Assembly: GCA_018830005.1 (NCBI GenBank)
Contig: JAHJTE010000001.1
Location: forward strand, 321,332-385,331
Source: Candidatus Omnitrophota bacterium
GTDB lineage: Bacteria > Omnitrophota > Gorgyraeia > JAHJTE01
Length of the DNA stretch: 64,000 nt
Direction of reading: 5' to 3'
The translations under genes were made by a program, and so were the position numbers. This document shows positions 31,404 to 42,848 of this stretch, in pieces (within the stretch, counting starts at the first letter, position 1; each line of letters begins with the position of its first letter). The notes under the pieces are model-generated. The model had not been told where the DNA came from, ran no database searches, and worked only from the letters and a program-made list of their open reading frames with translations.

Positions 31404-32770
31404 TGAAGACAAAGACGGTATTTAACTGTCAGAAGTGTGGTTATCAATCTCCCAGGTGGCTGGGCCGTTGCCCTGATTGTTCGAGTTGGAATTCTCTTGC
31501 GGAAGAAATGCCTCAACTGCCGCAGGTTGGTCAGGAGCGGATATTTTCAAAAGAGGCCCCAGTCTTGCTTGGCGATATCAGTTTAGAGGATAAACCCAGA
31601 ATATCAACACGATTAGCAGAGCTAGATAGGGTATTGGGCGGAGGGTTAGTCTCTGGTTCTGTAGTTCTCTTAGGTGGCGATCCCGGCATAGGAAAATCCA
31701 CCATTGCCTTGCAGGCAGCAATTAATTTAAGTAAAGAGGGCAGGAAAGTACTTTACATTAGCGCTGAGGAGTCGTTAAAGCAGACGAAACTGCGTGCTGT
31801 TAGGATTGATAAAGATTTTAACGAAAATTTGTTCATTGTGAGCCAGACAAATCTGGAAGAGATAATAAAGTATATAAAGGCGCTTAAGGCCCAGGTTGTA
31901 TTTTTAGACTCAATCCAGGTCGTATATAATCCGGCGATTGCCTCAAGCACTGGCACTATTACCCAGGTACGAGAATGCGCAGGCACTCTTACTCAGCTTG
32001 CGAAATTAGATGGCTTCTCCTTGATTCTTATAGGTCATGTCACCAAAGAAGGGACATTGGCAGGGCCTAAGCTGCTTGAGCATATCGTGGATACGGTTTT
32101 ATATTTTGAGGGCGATAAGCTTTCTCTATATAGGATCTTGCGCACAGCAAAAAATCGTTTTGGCTCAACTAACGAAATTGGTCTTTTTGCTATGACGGAA
32201 AGCGGCCTACAGCAAGTCAGTAATCCTTCCCAGATCTTTTTATCTCAGAGGGCTAGGAAGGTTTCCGGTTCTATTGTAGTTGCTATTATGGAAGGCTCAC
32301 GGCCGTTGTTAATTGAGATTCAGGCCTTAGTCTCTAGAGCAGGATTTAATATAGTGCGGCGTCGTTGTCAGGGCATAGATTATAATAGATTTCTACTTTT
32401 GGTTGCTGTTCTGGAGAAAAGGTTAGGTTTGCCGCTTGGTGATAAGGATATATTTGTTAATGTTGCCGGAGGCATTGTTGTAGATGATCCTGCGGCTGAT
32501 TTAGGCATGATGCTTGCTATAGCCTCAAGCCTGAAGAATAAAGAGATATCATCGGCCTTAATGATAGTAGGCGAGGTAGGGCTTTCAGCTGAGGTGCGCA
32601 GTATATCTAACTGCAGTTTACGAATAAAAGAAGCCTTAAAATTAGGTTTTACTAATATTGTTATTCCTGAATCAAACATAAAAGAGATCAGCAGAAGCGA
32701 TAAGGGGAAAAAAGATATTTCTTTCTCCGGCGTTAAAATAGTTAAAGATGCAATGCAGTTGGTATTTTAA
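31403..32770 (+). CDS. radA: DNA repair protein RadA/Sms
   Basis: N-terminal C4 zinc finger, GDPGIGKST, KNRFG, Lon-like C-domain. Confidence 0.96.
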   Translation: MKTKTVFNCQKCGYQSPRWLGRCPDCSSWNSLAEEMPQLPQVGQERIFSKEAPVLLGDISLEDKPRISTRLAELDRVLGGGLVSGSVVLLGGDPGIGKSTIALQAAINLSKEGRKVLYISAEESLKQTKLRAVRIDKDFNENLFIVSQTNLEEIIKYIKALKAQVVFLDSIQVVYNPAIASSTGTITQVRECAGTLTQLAKLDGFSLILIGHVTKEGTLAGPKLLEHIVDTVLYFEGDKLSLYRILRTAKNRFGSTNEIGLFAMTESGLQQVSNPSQIFLSQRARKVSGSIVVAIMEGSRPLLIEIQALVSRAGFNIVRRRCQGIDYNRFLLLVAVLEKRLGLPLGDKDIFVNVAGGIVVDDPAADLGMMLAIASSLKNKEISSALMIVGEVGLSAEVRSISNCSLRIKEALKLGFTNIVIPESNIKEISRSDKGKKDISFSGVKIVKDAMQLVF

Positions 32771-32801
32771 AACTTATTATATATTTAAGGAGGTATTTTA
32801 A

Positions 32802-33806
32802 ATGACTTTAATTATTATCCGACTTTTTTTTATTCTTTCAGGAACGACTATTGGTTACATTACAGGCGGTTTTAATGATAATGCCATCTTGGGTGCAGGC
32901 GTTGGTTTCTTCGCAAGTTGGCTGATAATATTCTTAGAGAGAGGAATGCGGCGCGTATCTGTGCGGGGACTTTCCAGTGCTGTATTTGGTCTTATCCTAG
33001 GTTTAATTATGGCAAAATTGCTTACTGATGCTATTAGCCTGATTCCGCTTGATGAAGGCAATATCTCTTCAATTAGAGTTATTCTTACGCTTGTCTTCTG
33101 TTATCTGGGTATGATTATGGCCATGCGCGGCAAGGATGAATTCAACATCATTATTCCTTATGTAAGACTGAGCCGACAGGGGCAGGCTGAAGATGTCATC
33201 CTGCTTGATACCAGCGCAATTATCGACGGTAGAATAGTTGATCTTTGCAAGACAGCTTTTCTTTCAGCTAGATTATTGGTGCCGCGTTTTGTCTTGAAGG
33301 AGTTGCAGCAGATTGCTGATTCTGCCGATACTATTAAGCGCCAGCGGGGCAGGCGTGGTTTAGAGATACTGCATAATATTCAAAAGGATAGCTCACTGGA
33401 GATCATCATCCACGAGGAGGATTTTCCTGACGTTCCAGATGTGGATGCAAAGTTAGTGCGACTGGGTAGATTATTAGAGGCAAAGATTTTTACCCTGGAT
33501 TTCAATTTGAATCGCGTTGCGGAATTACAAGGTGTCAAGGTCTTAAATATTAACGAACTTGCTAATGCACTTAGACCTGTGGTATTTCCGGGAGAGACCC
33601 TAGAGGTAAAATTAATTAAAGAGGGAAGGGAGCATAAACAGGCAATCGCCTATTTGGATGATGGCACAATGATCGTAGTTGAGGAAGCCAGAAGTCAGAT
33701 TAATCATACTATTAAGGTTGTGGTTACTTCAGTCCTGCAGACGCAGGCAGGCCGAATGGTATTTGCCAAACTTCAACCTCATCAAGGAAACCAGAAACAA
33801 AATTAG
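32802..33806 (+). CDS. Membrane PIN/TRAM domain protein (YacL-like)
   Basis: N-terminal TM helices, [35 protein letters not shown]. Confidence 0.9.
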   Translation: MTLIIIRLFFILSGTTIGYITGGFNDNAILGAGVGFFASWLIIFLERGMRRVSVRGLSSAVFGLILGLIMAKLLTDAISLIPLDEGNISSIRVILTLVFCYLGMIMAMRGKDEFNIIIPYVRLSRQGQAEDVILLDTSAIIDGRIVDLCKTAFLSARLLVPRFVLKELQQIADSADTIKRQRGRRGLEILHNIQKDSSLEIIIHEEDFPDVPDVDAKLVRLGRLLEAKIFTLDFNLNRVAELQGVKVLNINELANALRPVVFPGETLEVKLIKEGREHKQAIAYLDDGTMIVVEEARSQINHTIKVVVTSVLQTQAGRMVFAKLQPHQGNQKQN

Positions 33807-33817
33807 TTTTTTTCGTT

Positions 33818-34549
33818 TTGGTTAAGGTGGCAGATATAAAACGAAAAGCGAAAGTCATCGCCATAGTTGCCGCAGGAGGCAAGGGACAGCGTCTAGGAAG
33901 CAGATTAGCCAAGACGTTTGTCTTGATTAATAAGCGGCCAATCCTTTTCTTCGCCCTTAGTTCGCTTACCCAGCATCCCCTGATAAATGAGATCATACTT
34001 GTCACTAGTAGAAAGACATTATTTGCTGCCAAGAGACTGGTAGAAAAGTATAGGTTCAAAAAAGTAAAACATATTGTAGTTGGCGGGCGAACGCGCAAGG
34101 CCTCTGTGAGTAATGGCTTAAAGAAGATAAGAGGCGACAAACACACATTTGTTTTGATCCATGATGCCGCAAGGCCGTTCCTTAATAGATCACTCATCAA
34201 TCGAGTTGTTAATGAGGCGTTCAGGTACAATGCGAGCATTTGTGCTGTTCCAGCGAAATGCACGATTAAAAGCCTAAAAAGAAGCAATAAGCATTTATTT
34301 ATCAAAAATACGCTTGATAGAAGTTTGCTTTGTGAGGTTCAGACGCCGCAGGTCTTTCGGCTAGATTTATTAAAAAGGGCTTTTTCTAAAGGTGCTCATC
34401 AAGATGCAACTGATGATGCGGCCCTCGTTGAGAGACTAAAAGTCAAGGTAGGAGTAGTTAACGGTTCTTACTCTAATATTAAAATCACAACGTGCGATGA
34501 TTTGCTTTTTGCTAGGGCTATTGCCAAACAGTTCAAATACTCAACCTAA
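33818..34549 (+). CDS. ispD: MEP cytidylyltransferase
   Basis: AAGGKGQRLG, HDAARP, QTPQ, TDDA, NIKITT. Confidence 0.93.
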   Translation: MVKVADIKRKAKVIAIVAAGGKGQRLGSRLAKTFVLINKRPILFFALSSLTQHPLINEIILVTSRKTLFAAKRLVEKYRFKKVKHIVVGGRTRKASVSNGLKKIRGDKHTFVLIHDAARPFLNRSLINRVVNEAFRYNASICAVPAKCTIKSLKRSNKHLFIKNTLDRSLLCEVQTPQVFRLDLLKRAFSKGAHQDATDDAALVERLKVKVGVVNGSYSNIKITTCDDLLFARAIAKQFKYST

Positions 34550-34562
34550 TAATAAGTAAGAT

Positions 34563-35054
34563 ATGGGAATGAGTAAAGTTAAAATCGGCTTTGGTTATGA
34601 TATCCATCCTTTAAGAGAGGGACGTAGTCTCATATTGGGTGGTATCCAGATACCTTTTTCTAAGGGTCTCCTGGGTCATTCTGATGCTGATGTCTTAATC
34701 CATGCTGTTTGCGACGCTATTCTTGGCGCCTTAGGTAAAGGCGATATCGGAGAGATATTTCCGGATACAGATCCAGCTTATAAGGATATGGCAAGTAGCA
34801 AATTACTGGATGTAGTATTTAAATTAATGACTGATGCAGGTTTTAAAATTGGAAATATCGATACTGTGATAGTCGCTGAACAGCCTAAGATTTCCCAAGT
34901 AAAAGAGAGGATGAAGGAAAAGCTTGCTGCTATTTTGCATAGCAGGAAAGATGATATCAATATAAAGGCCACCACGGCTGAGGGGCTAGGTCCCATAGGA
35001 AATAATGAGGCTATCGCTTGCTTTGCGACAGCGATAATAATTGAGGGGGCGTAG
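34563..35054 (+). CDS. ispF: MECDP synthase
   Basis: [28 protein letters not shown]. Confidence 0.95.
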   Translation: MGMSKVKIGFGYDIHPLREGRSLILGGIQIPFSKGLLGHSDADVLIHAVCDAILGALGKGDIGEIFPDTDPAYKDMASSKLLDVVFKLMTDAGFKIGNIDTVIVAEQPKISQVKERMKEKLAAILHSRKDDINIKATTAEGLGPIGNNEAIACFATAIIIEGA

Positions 35055-35056
35055 AT

Positions 35057-35737
35057 ATGAACTGCATTTTAAATATATTAATTATACTTATAGGGCTATT
35101 CTTTTTAAAATTGATTCTGATTTCGATCTTTTTTTACAAAGAGATCAAGGCGGCTCAAAAGAAAGATCCGGCAGCGAAGAGTTTTCTTGAGATCCTCTTG
35201 CTTTATCAGGGCCTACACGCTTTAGTTTCTTACCGCATTGCCCATTTCTTTTATAGAATACATCTTTTCTTTTTAGCGCGTTTGATGAGTCAGATTTCGC
35301 GCTTTGCTACTGGTATTGAAATACATCCAGGGGCACAGATTGGCAGGGGATTCTTCATTGATCATGGCATGGGTGTGGTTATCGGTGAGACTTCTATTAT
35401 TGGCGATAATGTGCTTTTATATCAAGGCGTTACCTTGGGCGGGACAGGTCTTAAAAAAGGCAAACGCCATCCTACAATCGGCAATAATGTTGTCGTAGGC
35501 ACAGGAGCAAAGATATTAGGGAATATAACAGTGGGTGATAACTCTTATATCGGAGCAAATGCGGTTGTGATTAAGGATGTGCCGGTGAACTCGACTATAG
35601 TTGGTGTGCCTGGCAGGATTACTAAGCAGGACGGGAAAAAGATTGATATCAGCCTAGATCACATACATATCCTAGATCCTCTCAAGCAGGCCCTGGATGA
35701 GATACGTCAGAGGATTGATAAGCTAGAAAATAAATGA
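35057..35737 (+). CDS. cysE: Serine O-acetyltransferase with N-terminal hydrophobic extension
   Basis: [34 protein letters not shown]. Confidence 0.93.
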   Translation: MNCILNILIILIGLFFLKLILISIFFYKEIKAAQKKDPAAKSFLEILLLYQGLHALVSYRIAHFFYRIHLFFLARLMSQISRFATGIEIHPGAQIGRGFFIDHGMGVVIGETSIIGDNVLLYQGVTLGGTGLKKGKRHPTIGNNVVVGTGAKILGNITVGDNSYIGANAVVIKDVPVNSTIVGVPGRITKQDGKKIDISLDHIHILDPLKQALDEIRQRIDKLENK

Positions 35738-37155
35738 AAGAACTCCCCAAGATTCATATTTATAATACATTAACTAAGAAGAAAGAAGAATTCAAACCCT
35801 TAAAAGCAAAAAGAATAGGGATTTATTCTTGCGGCGTAACTGTCTATGATGACTGCCACATAGGTCATGCCAGGAGTCTCTATACCTTTGAGGTCATCAG
35901 AAATTTTTTAAAATATCGCGGATATGATGTCAAGTTTATTCGCAATATAACAGATATTGACGATAAGATTATCAACAAGGCCAAGGAATTGGGTGAAGAT
36001 TGGAATGCTGTTGCCTCTCGCTACATAGCTTGCTATGAGCATGATTTAAAACTCCTTAATTTATCTAAGGCAGATATTGAGCCAAGAGCAACTGAACACA
36101 TCAGCGGAATGAAGAAATTTATATCTCTATTGATTAAAAAGGGTTATGCATATGAGGCAGGCGGCGATGTTTATTTTAGCGTAAGAAAATTTAAAGATTA
36201 CGGTAAATTATCTGGTCAATCTATAGATCAGATGAAAACAGGAGCGCGTATTGAGCCGGGTGAACATAAACAAGACCCATTGGATTTTGCGCTCTGGAAG
36301 AAATCTAGGAAAGATGAGCCTTCCTGGCCTAGCCCTTGGGGTGAGGGTAGGCCTGGCTGGCATATAGAATGCTCCTTGATGAGCTCAAAATACCTCGGGC
36401 AGCCATTTGATATTCATGCCGGAGGCAGAGACTTAATTTTTCCCCACCATGAAAACGAGATTGCTCAAAGTGAGAGTTTTGCTGGTAAGCCCTTTGCCCG
36501 TTATTGGATGCATCATGGCCTATTAACTATAAATGGCCAAAAGATGTCCAAGTCATTAGGCAATTATGTGACTGTAAAAGATTTTATGGGCAAATATGGC
36601 AATGCCAACCTTTTAAAATTATTATTTTTAAATGCGCATTATTCGCAGCCTATAGATTATAACGAAGAGAAGATGCAAGAGGTAAGGAGATCATACGAGC
36701 GTATAAATATCTTAAAAGATAAATTAGAGAAGGATTATGGTACCGTAAATATAAACAAAAGCATTAAATCAGGAACCGGTTTTATAAAACCCTTCAAGGA
36801 CAAATTTATAGAATATATGGACGACGATTTTAACACCCCTAGGGCATTGTCAGTTTTATTTGAATTGGTCAATAATTGCAATAAGTTATTAGATAGCAAT
36901 GACGAGTTTAAGCAATTTAAGCTGCGTTATGCTATGGATGTTATAAAAGAGCTAGCTGGTATTTTTGGACTTTCTCCTGATGTGGAAAAAACAAGTAAAT
37001 TAGAAGTAGAGTTGACAGAAAAGATTAAGCTCAGAGACAAATTAAAAAAAGAGAAGAAATATTTAGAGGCAGATAAAATAAGAAAGGAATTAAAAGAGCA
37101 AGGTATTATTTTAGAAGATTCAAAGGAAGGTACACAATGGCGAAGAAAAATTTAA
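35734..37155 (+). CDS. cysS: Cysteinyl-tRNA synthetase
   Basis: [31 protein letters not shown]. Confidence 0.97.
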   Translation: MKELPKIHIYNTLTKKKEEFKPLKAKRIGIYSCGVTVYDDCHIGHARSLYTFEVIRNFLKYRGYDVKFIRNITDIDDKIINKAKELGEDWNAVASRYIACYEHDLKLLNLSKADIEPRATEHISGMKKFISLLIKKGYAYEAGGDVYFSVRKFKDYGKLSGQSIDQMKTGARIEPGEHKQDPLDFALWKKSRKDEPSWPSPWGEGRPGWHIECSLMSSKYLGQPFDIHAGGRDLIFPHHENEIAQSESFAGKPFARYWMHHGLLTINGQKMSKSLGNYVTVKDFMGKYGNANLLKLLFLNAHYSQPIDYNEEKMQEVRRSYERINILKDKLEKDYGTVNINKSIKSGTGFIKPFKDKFIEYMDDDFNTPRALSVLFELVNNCNKLLDSNDEFKQFKLRYAMDVIKELAGIFGLSPDVEKTSKLEVELTEKIKLRDKLKKEKKYLEADKIRKELKEQGIILEDSKEGTQWRRKI

Positions 37156-37772
37156 GAGGCGTATTTATTACCTTCGAAGGCCCTGAAGGCTGCGGAAAGA
37201 GCACCCACTCTGAGCTTCTCTACCAACATTTAAAGAGGTTGAAACTGCCGGTAATCTATATACGTGAGCCAGGGACAACAAAGACAGGCGAGAAGATCCG
37301 TTCAATACTTCTAGACAGAAAGAATCGTATTGCAGATAGCTCGGAGATGTTATTGTATATGGCTGCGCGTAGTCAGATTGTTGCTGAGATAATTGATCCG
37401 GCATTACGGGATGGAAAGATCATAATTTCCGACAGATTTTTGGATGCAACTATCTGCTATCAGGGCTATGGAGGCAAGGTAGATATTGATATGATAAAAA
37501 AGGTGGGGGATTTTGCAACGCGTTCAATTACACCTGATCTTACTATCTTACTTGATATACCTGTTGAGGAAGGCCTGAAGAAACGCGCTGTCAGAATCTT
37601 TGACCGTATGGAGGCCAAGCCGCTTTCATATCACAAGAGGGTGAGAGAGGGCTATCTTACATTGGCGCGTCAGGAAAGCAACAGAATCAAGGTCGTGAAG
37701 GTTGAAAAAAGAATTAAGGATACAAAAGCAAAGATATTAAAGATCGTAAAAGAAAAGCTATGGCTTGGTTAG
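37137..37772 (+). CDS. tmk: Thymidylate kinase
   Basis: FEGPEGCGKST, REPG, DRF, YQG. Confidence 0.95.
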   Translation: MAKKNLRGVFITFEGPEGCGKSTHSELLYQHLKRLKLPVIYIREPGTTKTGEKIRSILLDRKNRIADSSEMLLYMAARSQIVAEIIDPALRDGKIIISDRFLDATICYQGYGGKVDIDMIKKVGDFATRSITPDLTILLDIPVEEGLKKRAVRIFDRMEAKPLSYHKRVREGYLTLARQESNRIKVVKVEKRIKDTKAKILKIVKEKLWLG

Positions 37773-38746
37773 ATGTTAAAGGGCACAAGGATGTTGTAGG
37801 TTTTCTTGTTAATGCGCACAAGAATCATAGGTTAGGGCATTGTTTTCTTTTTCTGGGACCAGAAGGCATTGGCAAGAGACGCCTAGCAGGAGAATTTGCC
37901 AAATTCCTACTTTGTGAAGCGCCTACTGAATTCGGTGCTTGTGGTAAATGCAGAAGTTGTCTACAGGTTACCTCGGACAATCATCCTGATCTGCACATAA
38001 TTTCAAGAGGGGAATTGGGTTGGATAAAGATAGGAGATATCCGTGCATTACAGAGTCAAATTCACCTATCGCCGTTTAGCGGTAAACATAAAATTTTTAT
38101 CATTGATAATGCACATATGTTAACACAGGATGCGGCAAATTCGTTGCTTAAATTTATGGAAGAACCTCCTCCGGGCGCAATATCTGTCCTGATAACCAGT
38201 CAAATAGATTCTATCCCGGAGACGCTGGTTTCGCGTTGTCAGCGATTGTATTTTTCATCTCTTTCATCCCAGGAGATCGAAGAGACATTGTCTGAAACCT
38301 TACCTCATGATAGAGGACTCATAAATTTCATAGCGCGTTTTTCAGAGGGCAGATTAGGTCGTGCTATATCGCTTATCAAGCGCAAAGACATCCAGTCAGC
38401 AAAAAATAGATTGTTGAGAAATATAATAGATAATAATTTAGCCTTAGATGATTTCGCAGTTAATCTAAATAGAGAAAATCTGAATATGCTAATAGAATTC
38501 ACGCTGCTTTTCTTCAGAGATATATTGTTGCTTAAGGCGGGATTAGGAAAAGAATTTTTAGTTAATTTTGATGAGGTCGACACATTGACGTCACTTGCTT
38601 CTAAAATGGAAATGCCTGAAATTAAAGACGCCCTAGAGGACATCTTGAAGGCACAGGCCTTAAGTAGAACTAATGTAAATTGCAAAATATTGCTGAGATG
38701 GCTAGAGGTTCAGCTTCAGAAAAAATTGAGGTTTAATTATGCCTGA
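37760..38746 (+). CDS. holB: DNA polymerase III delta' subunit
   Basis: GPEGIGK, CGKCRSC, HPD, ANSLLKFMEEPP, SRC. Confidence 0.92.
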   Translation: MAWLDVKGHKDVVGFLVNAHKNHRLGHCFLFLGPEGIGKRRLAGEFAKFLLCEAPTEFGACGKCRSCLQVTSDNHPDLHIISRGELGWIKIGDIRALQSQIHLSPFSGKHKIFIIDNAHMLTQDAANSLLKFMEEPPPGAISVLITSQIDSIPETLVSRCQRLYFSSLSSQEIEETLSETLPHDRGLINFIARFSEGRLGRAISLIKRKDIQSAKNRLLRNIIDNNLALDDFAVNLNRENLNMLIEFTLLFFRDILLLKAGLGKEFLVNFDEVDTLTSLASKMEMPEIKDALEDILKAQALSRTNVNCKILLRWLEVQLQKKLRFNYA

Positions 38747-39533
38747 TAAAGTGCATGTAAGAATACGTGAGTTCGGACCGATTAATTGCTTTAAATGTAG
38801 CAACCTGCGATTAAATGGTAACGAGGTAGTGATTCTTGAGGCAGAGCGAGGCGTAGACTATGGCCGCGTGATTATAGATAGCAGCAAACATCTGGGCGGA
38901 AAGCTAGAAGTTCCTTTGCGTAAGATTATAAGGATAGCCACAAAGTCTGATTTAGAGCATATAAAGAAAAATAATGCCGCAATAAAAGGTGTTATTGATA
39001 CTTGTCTAAAGAAGATTGAAGAGCATAAGCTGGCAATGAAATTAATTGAAGCGGAGCATTCTTTTGATAAAGGCAAATTAATATTTTATTTTACTTCAGA
39101 GGGCAGGGTAGACTTCAGGGAGTTGGTAAAGGATTTAGCCAAGCTGTTTAAGACGAGAATCGAACTTAGGCAGATTGGCGTGCGCGACGAGGCGAAAATG
39201 TTTGGTGGTTATGGTTGTTGCGGCAGGGAATTGTGCTGTGTTAGATTCTTGAGAGAATTTGAGCCGGTAAGCATTAAAATGGCCAAGGAGCAGCACCTAC
39301 CTCTTAATCCACCTAAGATTTCCGGGCTTTGCGGAAGGTTGATGTGCTGTCTTTCTTATGAGCATCATACATATAGAGAGATAACTAAGGATTTACCTCG
39401 CGAGGGTGAACGCCTAAATACGCCTGAAGGCAGAGGCAAGGTTATTAGTGTCAATCCGCTAACTAGAAAGGTTATCGTCGAAGTTGAAAAGGGAAGATGC
39501 GTTGAATTAAAGTATGGATGCCGACATGGCTAA
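38739..39533 (+). CDS. PSP1-domain protein (RicT/YaaT family)
   Basis: RVDFRELV, RIELRQIG, CGRELCC, SGLCGRLMCCL. Confidence 0.9.
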   Translation: MPDKVHVRIREFGPINCFKCSNLRLNGNEVVILEAERGVDYGRVIIDSSKHLGGKLEVPLRKIIRIATKSDLEHIKKNNAAIKGVIDTCLKKIEEHKLAMKLIEAEHSFDKGKLIFYFTSEGRVDFRELVKDLAKLFKTRIELRQIGVRDEAKMFGGYGCCGRELCCVRFLREFEPVSIKMAKEQHLPLNPPKISGLCGRLMCCLSYEHHTYREITKDLPREGERLNTPEGRGKVISVNPLTRKVIVEVEKGRCVELKYGCRHG

Positions 39534-41031
39534 ATTTTATATTACAACCCCAATCTATTATATTAATGCGAAGCCTCACTTAGGCCATTCTTATACCAAT
39601 ATTGCTGCGGATTGTATTAGCCGTTACAAGCGTCAATTAGGCTATGATTGTTTTTTTCTTACAGGCACAGATGAACATGGCCAAAAGGTTGCTGAGGCTG
39701 CCAAGTTTGCGAATAAGACTCCGCAGGAATTTGCAGATGATACAGTCACCGTATTTAAGGACTTATGGAAGACCCTGCTTATATCTTGTGATGATTTTAT
39801 CCGCACTACGCAAGACAGACACAGAGATTGCGTAAAGAAGATTCTGAATACACTTCATGATAACGGGGATATCTATAAGGCATCCTATAATGGTTGGTAC
39901 TGTGTTCCTTGTGAGACATTCTGGACCGACTCACAACTCGTGGCTCGATACTGCCCAGACTGCAAGCGTCCCATCGAAAAAATCCAAGAGCAGAATTATT
40001 TTTTCAAACTCTCGAAATATCAGGATTGGCTGCTTGAATTTATAAAAGAGCACCCTGATTTTATCTGTCCTCGTTCACGCTATAATGAAGTCTTAAAATT
40101 CCTGGAATCAGAGAAACTTTTGGATTTATGTATCTCTCGTCCGAAATCACGTATTTCCTGGGGCATAGTATTTCCCTTTGATGAAGATATGGTTACCTAC
40201 GTCTGGTTTGATGCACTTATCAACTATATAAGTGCCTTAGGCTTTGGTAGGAGAGATGAATCCAAAATGAAGAGATTTTGGCCTGCAGATATTCATCTTA
40301 TGGCAAAGGATATCTTAAGACAGCATGCGATTTACTGGCCGATAATGCTTAAGGCCCTTAATCTTCCTCTGCCCAAGAAGGTATTTGCACACGGCTGGTG
40401 GATGGTTGAGGCAGGCGATTTATCAGCAGAAGGCGTTAAGATGTCGAAATCAAGAGGAAATGTGGTAGATCCGCTTGATTTGGTTGAGCAATTTGGCATT
40501 GACGCATATCGCTATTTTCTTTTAAGAGAGTTTCCCTTTGGGTTAGACGGAAGGTTTTCTTTGCGGGCATTGATTAAAAGATACAACAGCGATTTAGCGA
40601 ATGACCTTGGGAATTTAGTATACAGAACACTTACCATGATTGAGAAGTATTTTAAGGGTAAAATCCCTAAAGCTGATCTGGAAGATTTCACATTAAAAAA
40701 TGCTAAAGGTTTAATAGAAGAGATCGATAAGATAGATAGTAAAATAGATGAATCTATGGAAGGCCTAGCCTTTACCAGTGCCTTAGACGCTATTTGGCAC
40801 TTAATTAATGGGGCCAATAAATTTATAGAAGAGGTAAAACCCTGGCAACTCTACAAAAATAAAGACTTGAAAGATTTAGCCAAATTTATTGTGTTGTTAG
40901 TCCAAATCCTGAAAAAGGTGAGTTTTCATATTGGGCCGTTCATGCCAAATACATCCGTTAGCATCATCCAGCAGTTAGGCGATAGTGAAGTTAAAAAAGG
41001 CGAACCTCTTTTTCCTCGAATTCAAACTTAA
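39526..41031 (+). CDS. metG: Methionyl-tRNA synthetase, short form
   Basis: FYITTPIYY, HLGH, TGTDEHG, KMSKS; second ATG (MAKFY) preferred as start. Confidence 0.95.
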   Translation: MAKFYITTPIYYINAKPHLGHSYTNIAADCISRYKRQLGYDCFFLTGTDEHGQKVAEAAKFANKTPQEFADDTVTVFKDLWKTLLISCDDFIRTTQDRHRDCVKKILNTLHDNGDIYKASYNGWYCVPCETFWTDSQLVARYCPDCKRPIEKIQEQNYFFKLSKYQDWLLEFIKEHPDFICPRSRYNEVLKFLESEKLLDLCISRPKSRISWGIVFPFDEDMVTYVWFDALINYISALGFGRRDESKMKRFWPADIHLMAKDILRQHAIYWPIMLKALNLPLPKKVFAHGWWMVEAGDLSAEGVKMSKSRGNVVDPLDLVEQFGIDAYRYFLLREFPFGLDGRFSLRALIKRYNSDLANDLGNLVYRTLTMIEKYFKGKIPKADLEDFTLKNAKGLIEEIDKIDSKIDESMEGLAFTSALDAIWHLINGANKFIEEVKPWQLYKNKDLKDLAKFIVLLVQILKKVSFHIGPFMPNTSVSIIQQLGDSEVKKGEPLFPRIQT

Positions 41032-41804
41032 TGCAGCTTATAGATACACATTGCCATTTAGATTTTCCTCAATTTAATATTGATCGAGATAGCGTAATTG
41101 AGCGGGCAAAAAATAGTGGAATTACTAATATAATTGATGTCGGAGCAAGTATTGAAAGTTCTGAGGCAGCAATAGCTTTAAGTAAGCAATATGATTTTAT
41201 TTATGCAGCTGTTGGCGTTCATCCCCACGAAGCAGATAGGCTAAAGCAGGGTGATTGGCTTTTAATTGAGAAATTAATCAGTCAGGATAAGGTTATTGCT
41301 GTAGGAGAAGTTGGACTTGATTACTACCGTAATCTTTCTTCACCTGCCAGGCAAAAAGATGTATTTAAGAGATTTATTCTACTTGCTAACAAATTTTCCT
41401 TGCCACTGATTGTCCATTGTCGAGAGGCAGAGGAGGATGTCCTTTCACTCCTAAAGGATAATCTGAATACAAAGGCGATAATGCATTGTTTTTCAGGTAA
41501 TGAGGCCTTTTTGAAGAGATGTTTAGATTTAGGTCTTTATGTTTCATTCACCTGCAACGCTACTTATAAAAAAAGCGACAATTTGAGGAATGTTATATCA
41601 CTTACGCCCAGGGATAGATTTTTCCTTGAGACTGACGCACCCTATCTTGCGCCGCAGACCATGCGTGGTAAGCGTAACGAACCAGCCTATTTAAAATATT
41701 TAGTAGCTGAATTAGCTTCTATTTTAAAATTAGATGAAGAGACCATAGCAGATGAGACCACTAAAAATGCCAAGCGTTTTTTTAATCTAGAGAGATGTCA
41801 GTAA
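41031..41804 (+). CDS. tatD: TatD-family nuclease
   Basis: DTHCH, GVHPH, GEVGLDY, HCR, HCF, ETDAPY. Confidence 0.92.
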   Translation: MQLIDTHCHLDFPQFNIDRDSVIERAKNSGITNIIDVGASIESSEAAIALSKQYDFIYAAVGVHPHEADRLKQGDWLLIEKLISQDKVIAVGEVGLDYYRNLSSPARQKDVFKRFILLANKFSLPLIVHCREAEEDVLSLLKDNLNTKAIMHCFSGNEAFLKRCLDLGLYVSFTCNATYKKSDNLRNVISLTPRDRFFLETDAPYLAPQTMRGKRNEPAYLKYLVAELASILKLDEETIADETTKNAKRFFNLERCQ

Positions 41805-42829
41805 AGACGATTCAATACCTTAAAGGAAAAATCAGGATTATCGACCAGAGAAAGCTGCCCGCTAAATTGTGTTATATGGATTGTGCTGATGTTAAGAGTC
41901 TCTGGTGGGCAATTAAGAGATTGGCAGTTCGTGGCGCTCCTGCTATCGGGATTGCGGCTGGCCTTGGGGTCTATCTGGGCATCAAGGATTCAAGGGCGAA
42001 GGACTTTAAGGAATTTAAGAGTCAGTTAGAGAAGGTTACACGCTATCTTGCTAAGAGTCGTCCTACTGCGGTTAATCTTTTTTGGGCCTTAGAAAGAATG
42101 ACGTCTATAGCTAAGAAGAATTCCTACCAGCCTATCCCTGTTATAAAGAAACTCTTAAAAAATGAGGCATTCAAGATTTTGGAAGAAGATAGATTTATCT
42201 GCCGTAAAATGGCCCGCTATGGCTCTGGGCTAATAAAGAATCAAGATAAGGTCCTAACTATATGCAATGCGGGTGCCTTGGCAACTGCAGATTACGGTAC
42301 TGCCTTAGGAGTGTTTTATGAGGCAAAAAAAGAAAGAAAAAGAATAAAGGTCTATTCTTTAGAGACAAGGCCGCTGTTGCAGGGCGCGAGATTAACTTGT
42401 TGGGAATTACAGCGAGAGGGAATTGATGTAACCTTGATCTGTGATAACATGGCAGCAGATTTGATGCGTAAAAAAATGATTGATAAGATATTTGTTGGTG
42501 CGGATAGAATTGCCAGAAACGGTGATACAGCCAATAAGATAGGAACCTATAATTTAGCAGTATTGGCAAGGTTTCATGCAATTCCTTTTTATGTTGTGGC
42601 TCCTAAATCTACCTTTGACCTTAAATTGAAAAGCGCAAAATTTATTCCTATTGAACAACGTGATAAAAGAGAAGTTACTCATATCAGAGATAGGTGTATT
42701 GCCCCTTCTAGGATAAAGGTCTATAATCCGGCCTTTGATGTAACCCCTGCTGAGCTAATAACTGCAATTGTTACAGAGAAAGGCATAATCAGGCACCCCC
42801 TTAGAAAGAACATAACCGCGAAACTTTAG
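41795..42829 (+). CDS. mtnA: Methylthioribose-1-phosphate isomerase
   Basis: VRGAPAIG, RPTAVNL, CNAG, ETRPLLQG, NKIGT, NPAFD. Confidence 0.95.
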   Translation: MSVKTIQYLKGKIRIIDQRKLPAKLCYMDCADVKSLWWAIKRLAVRGAPAIGIAAGLGVYLGIKDSRAKDFKEFKSQLEKVTRYLAKSRPTAVNLFWALERMTSIAKKNSYQPIPVIKKLLKNEAFKILEEDRFICRKMARYGSGLIKNQDKVLTICNAGALATADYGTALGVFYEAKKERKRIKVYSLETRPLLQGARLTCWELQREGIDVTLICDNMAADLMRKKMIDKIFVGADRIARNGDTANKIGTYNLAVLARFHAIPFYVVAPKSTFDLKLKSAKFIPIEQRDKREVTHIRDRCIAPSRIKVYNPAFDVTPAELITAIVTEKGIIRHPLRKNITAKL

Positions 42830-42848
42830 CTAAAGTCTTTGTTTTAAT

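Noticed and set aside
32802-33806. PIN domain as a toxin-antitoxin or defence system
   Set aside because: It is the conserved YacL-type PIN/TRAM membrane protein in its usual radA-ispD context.
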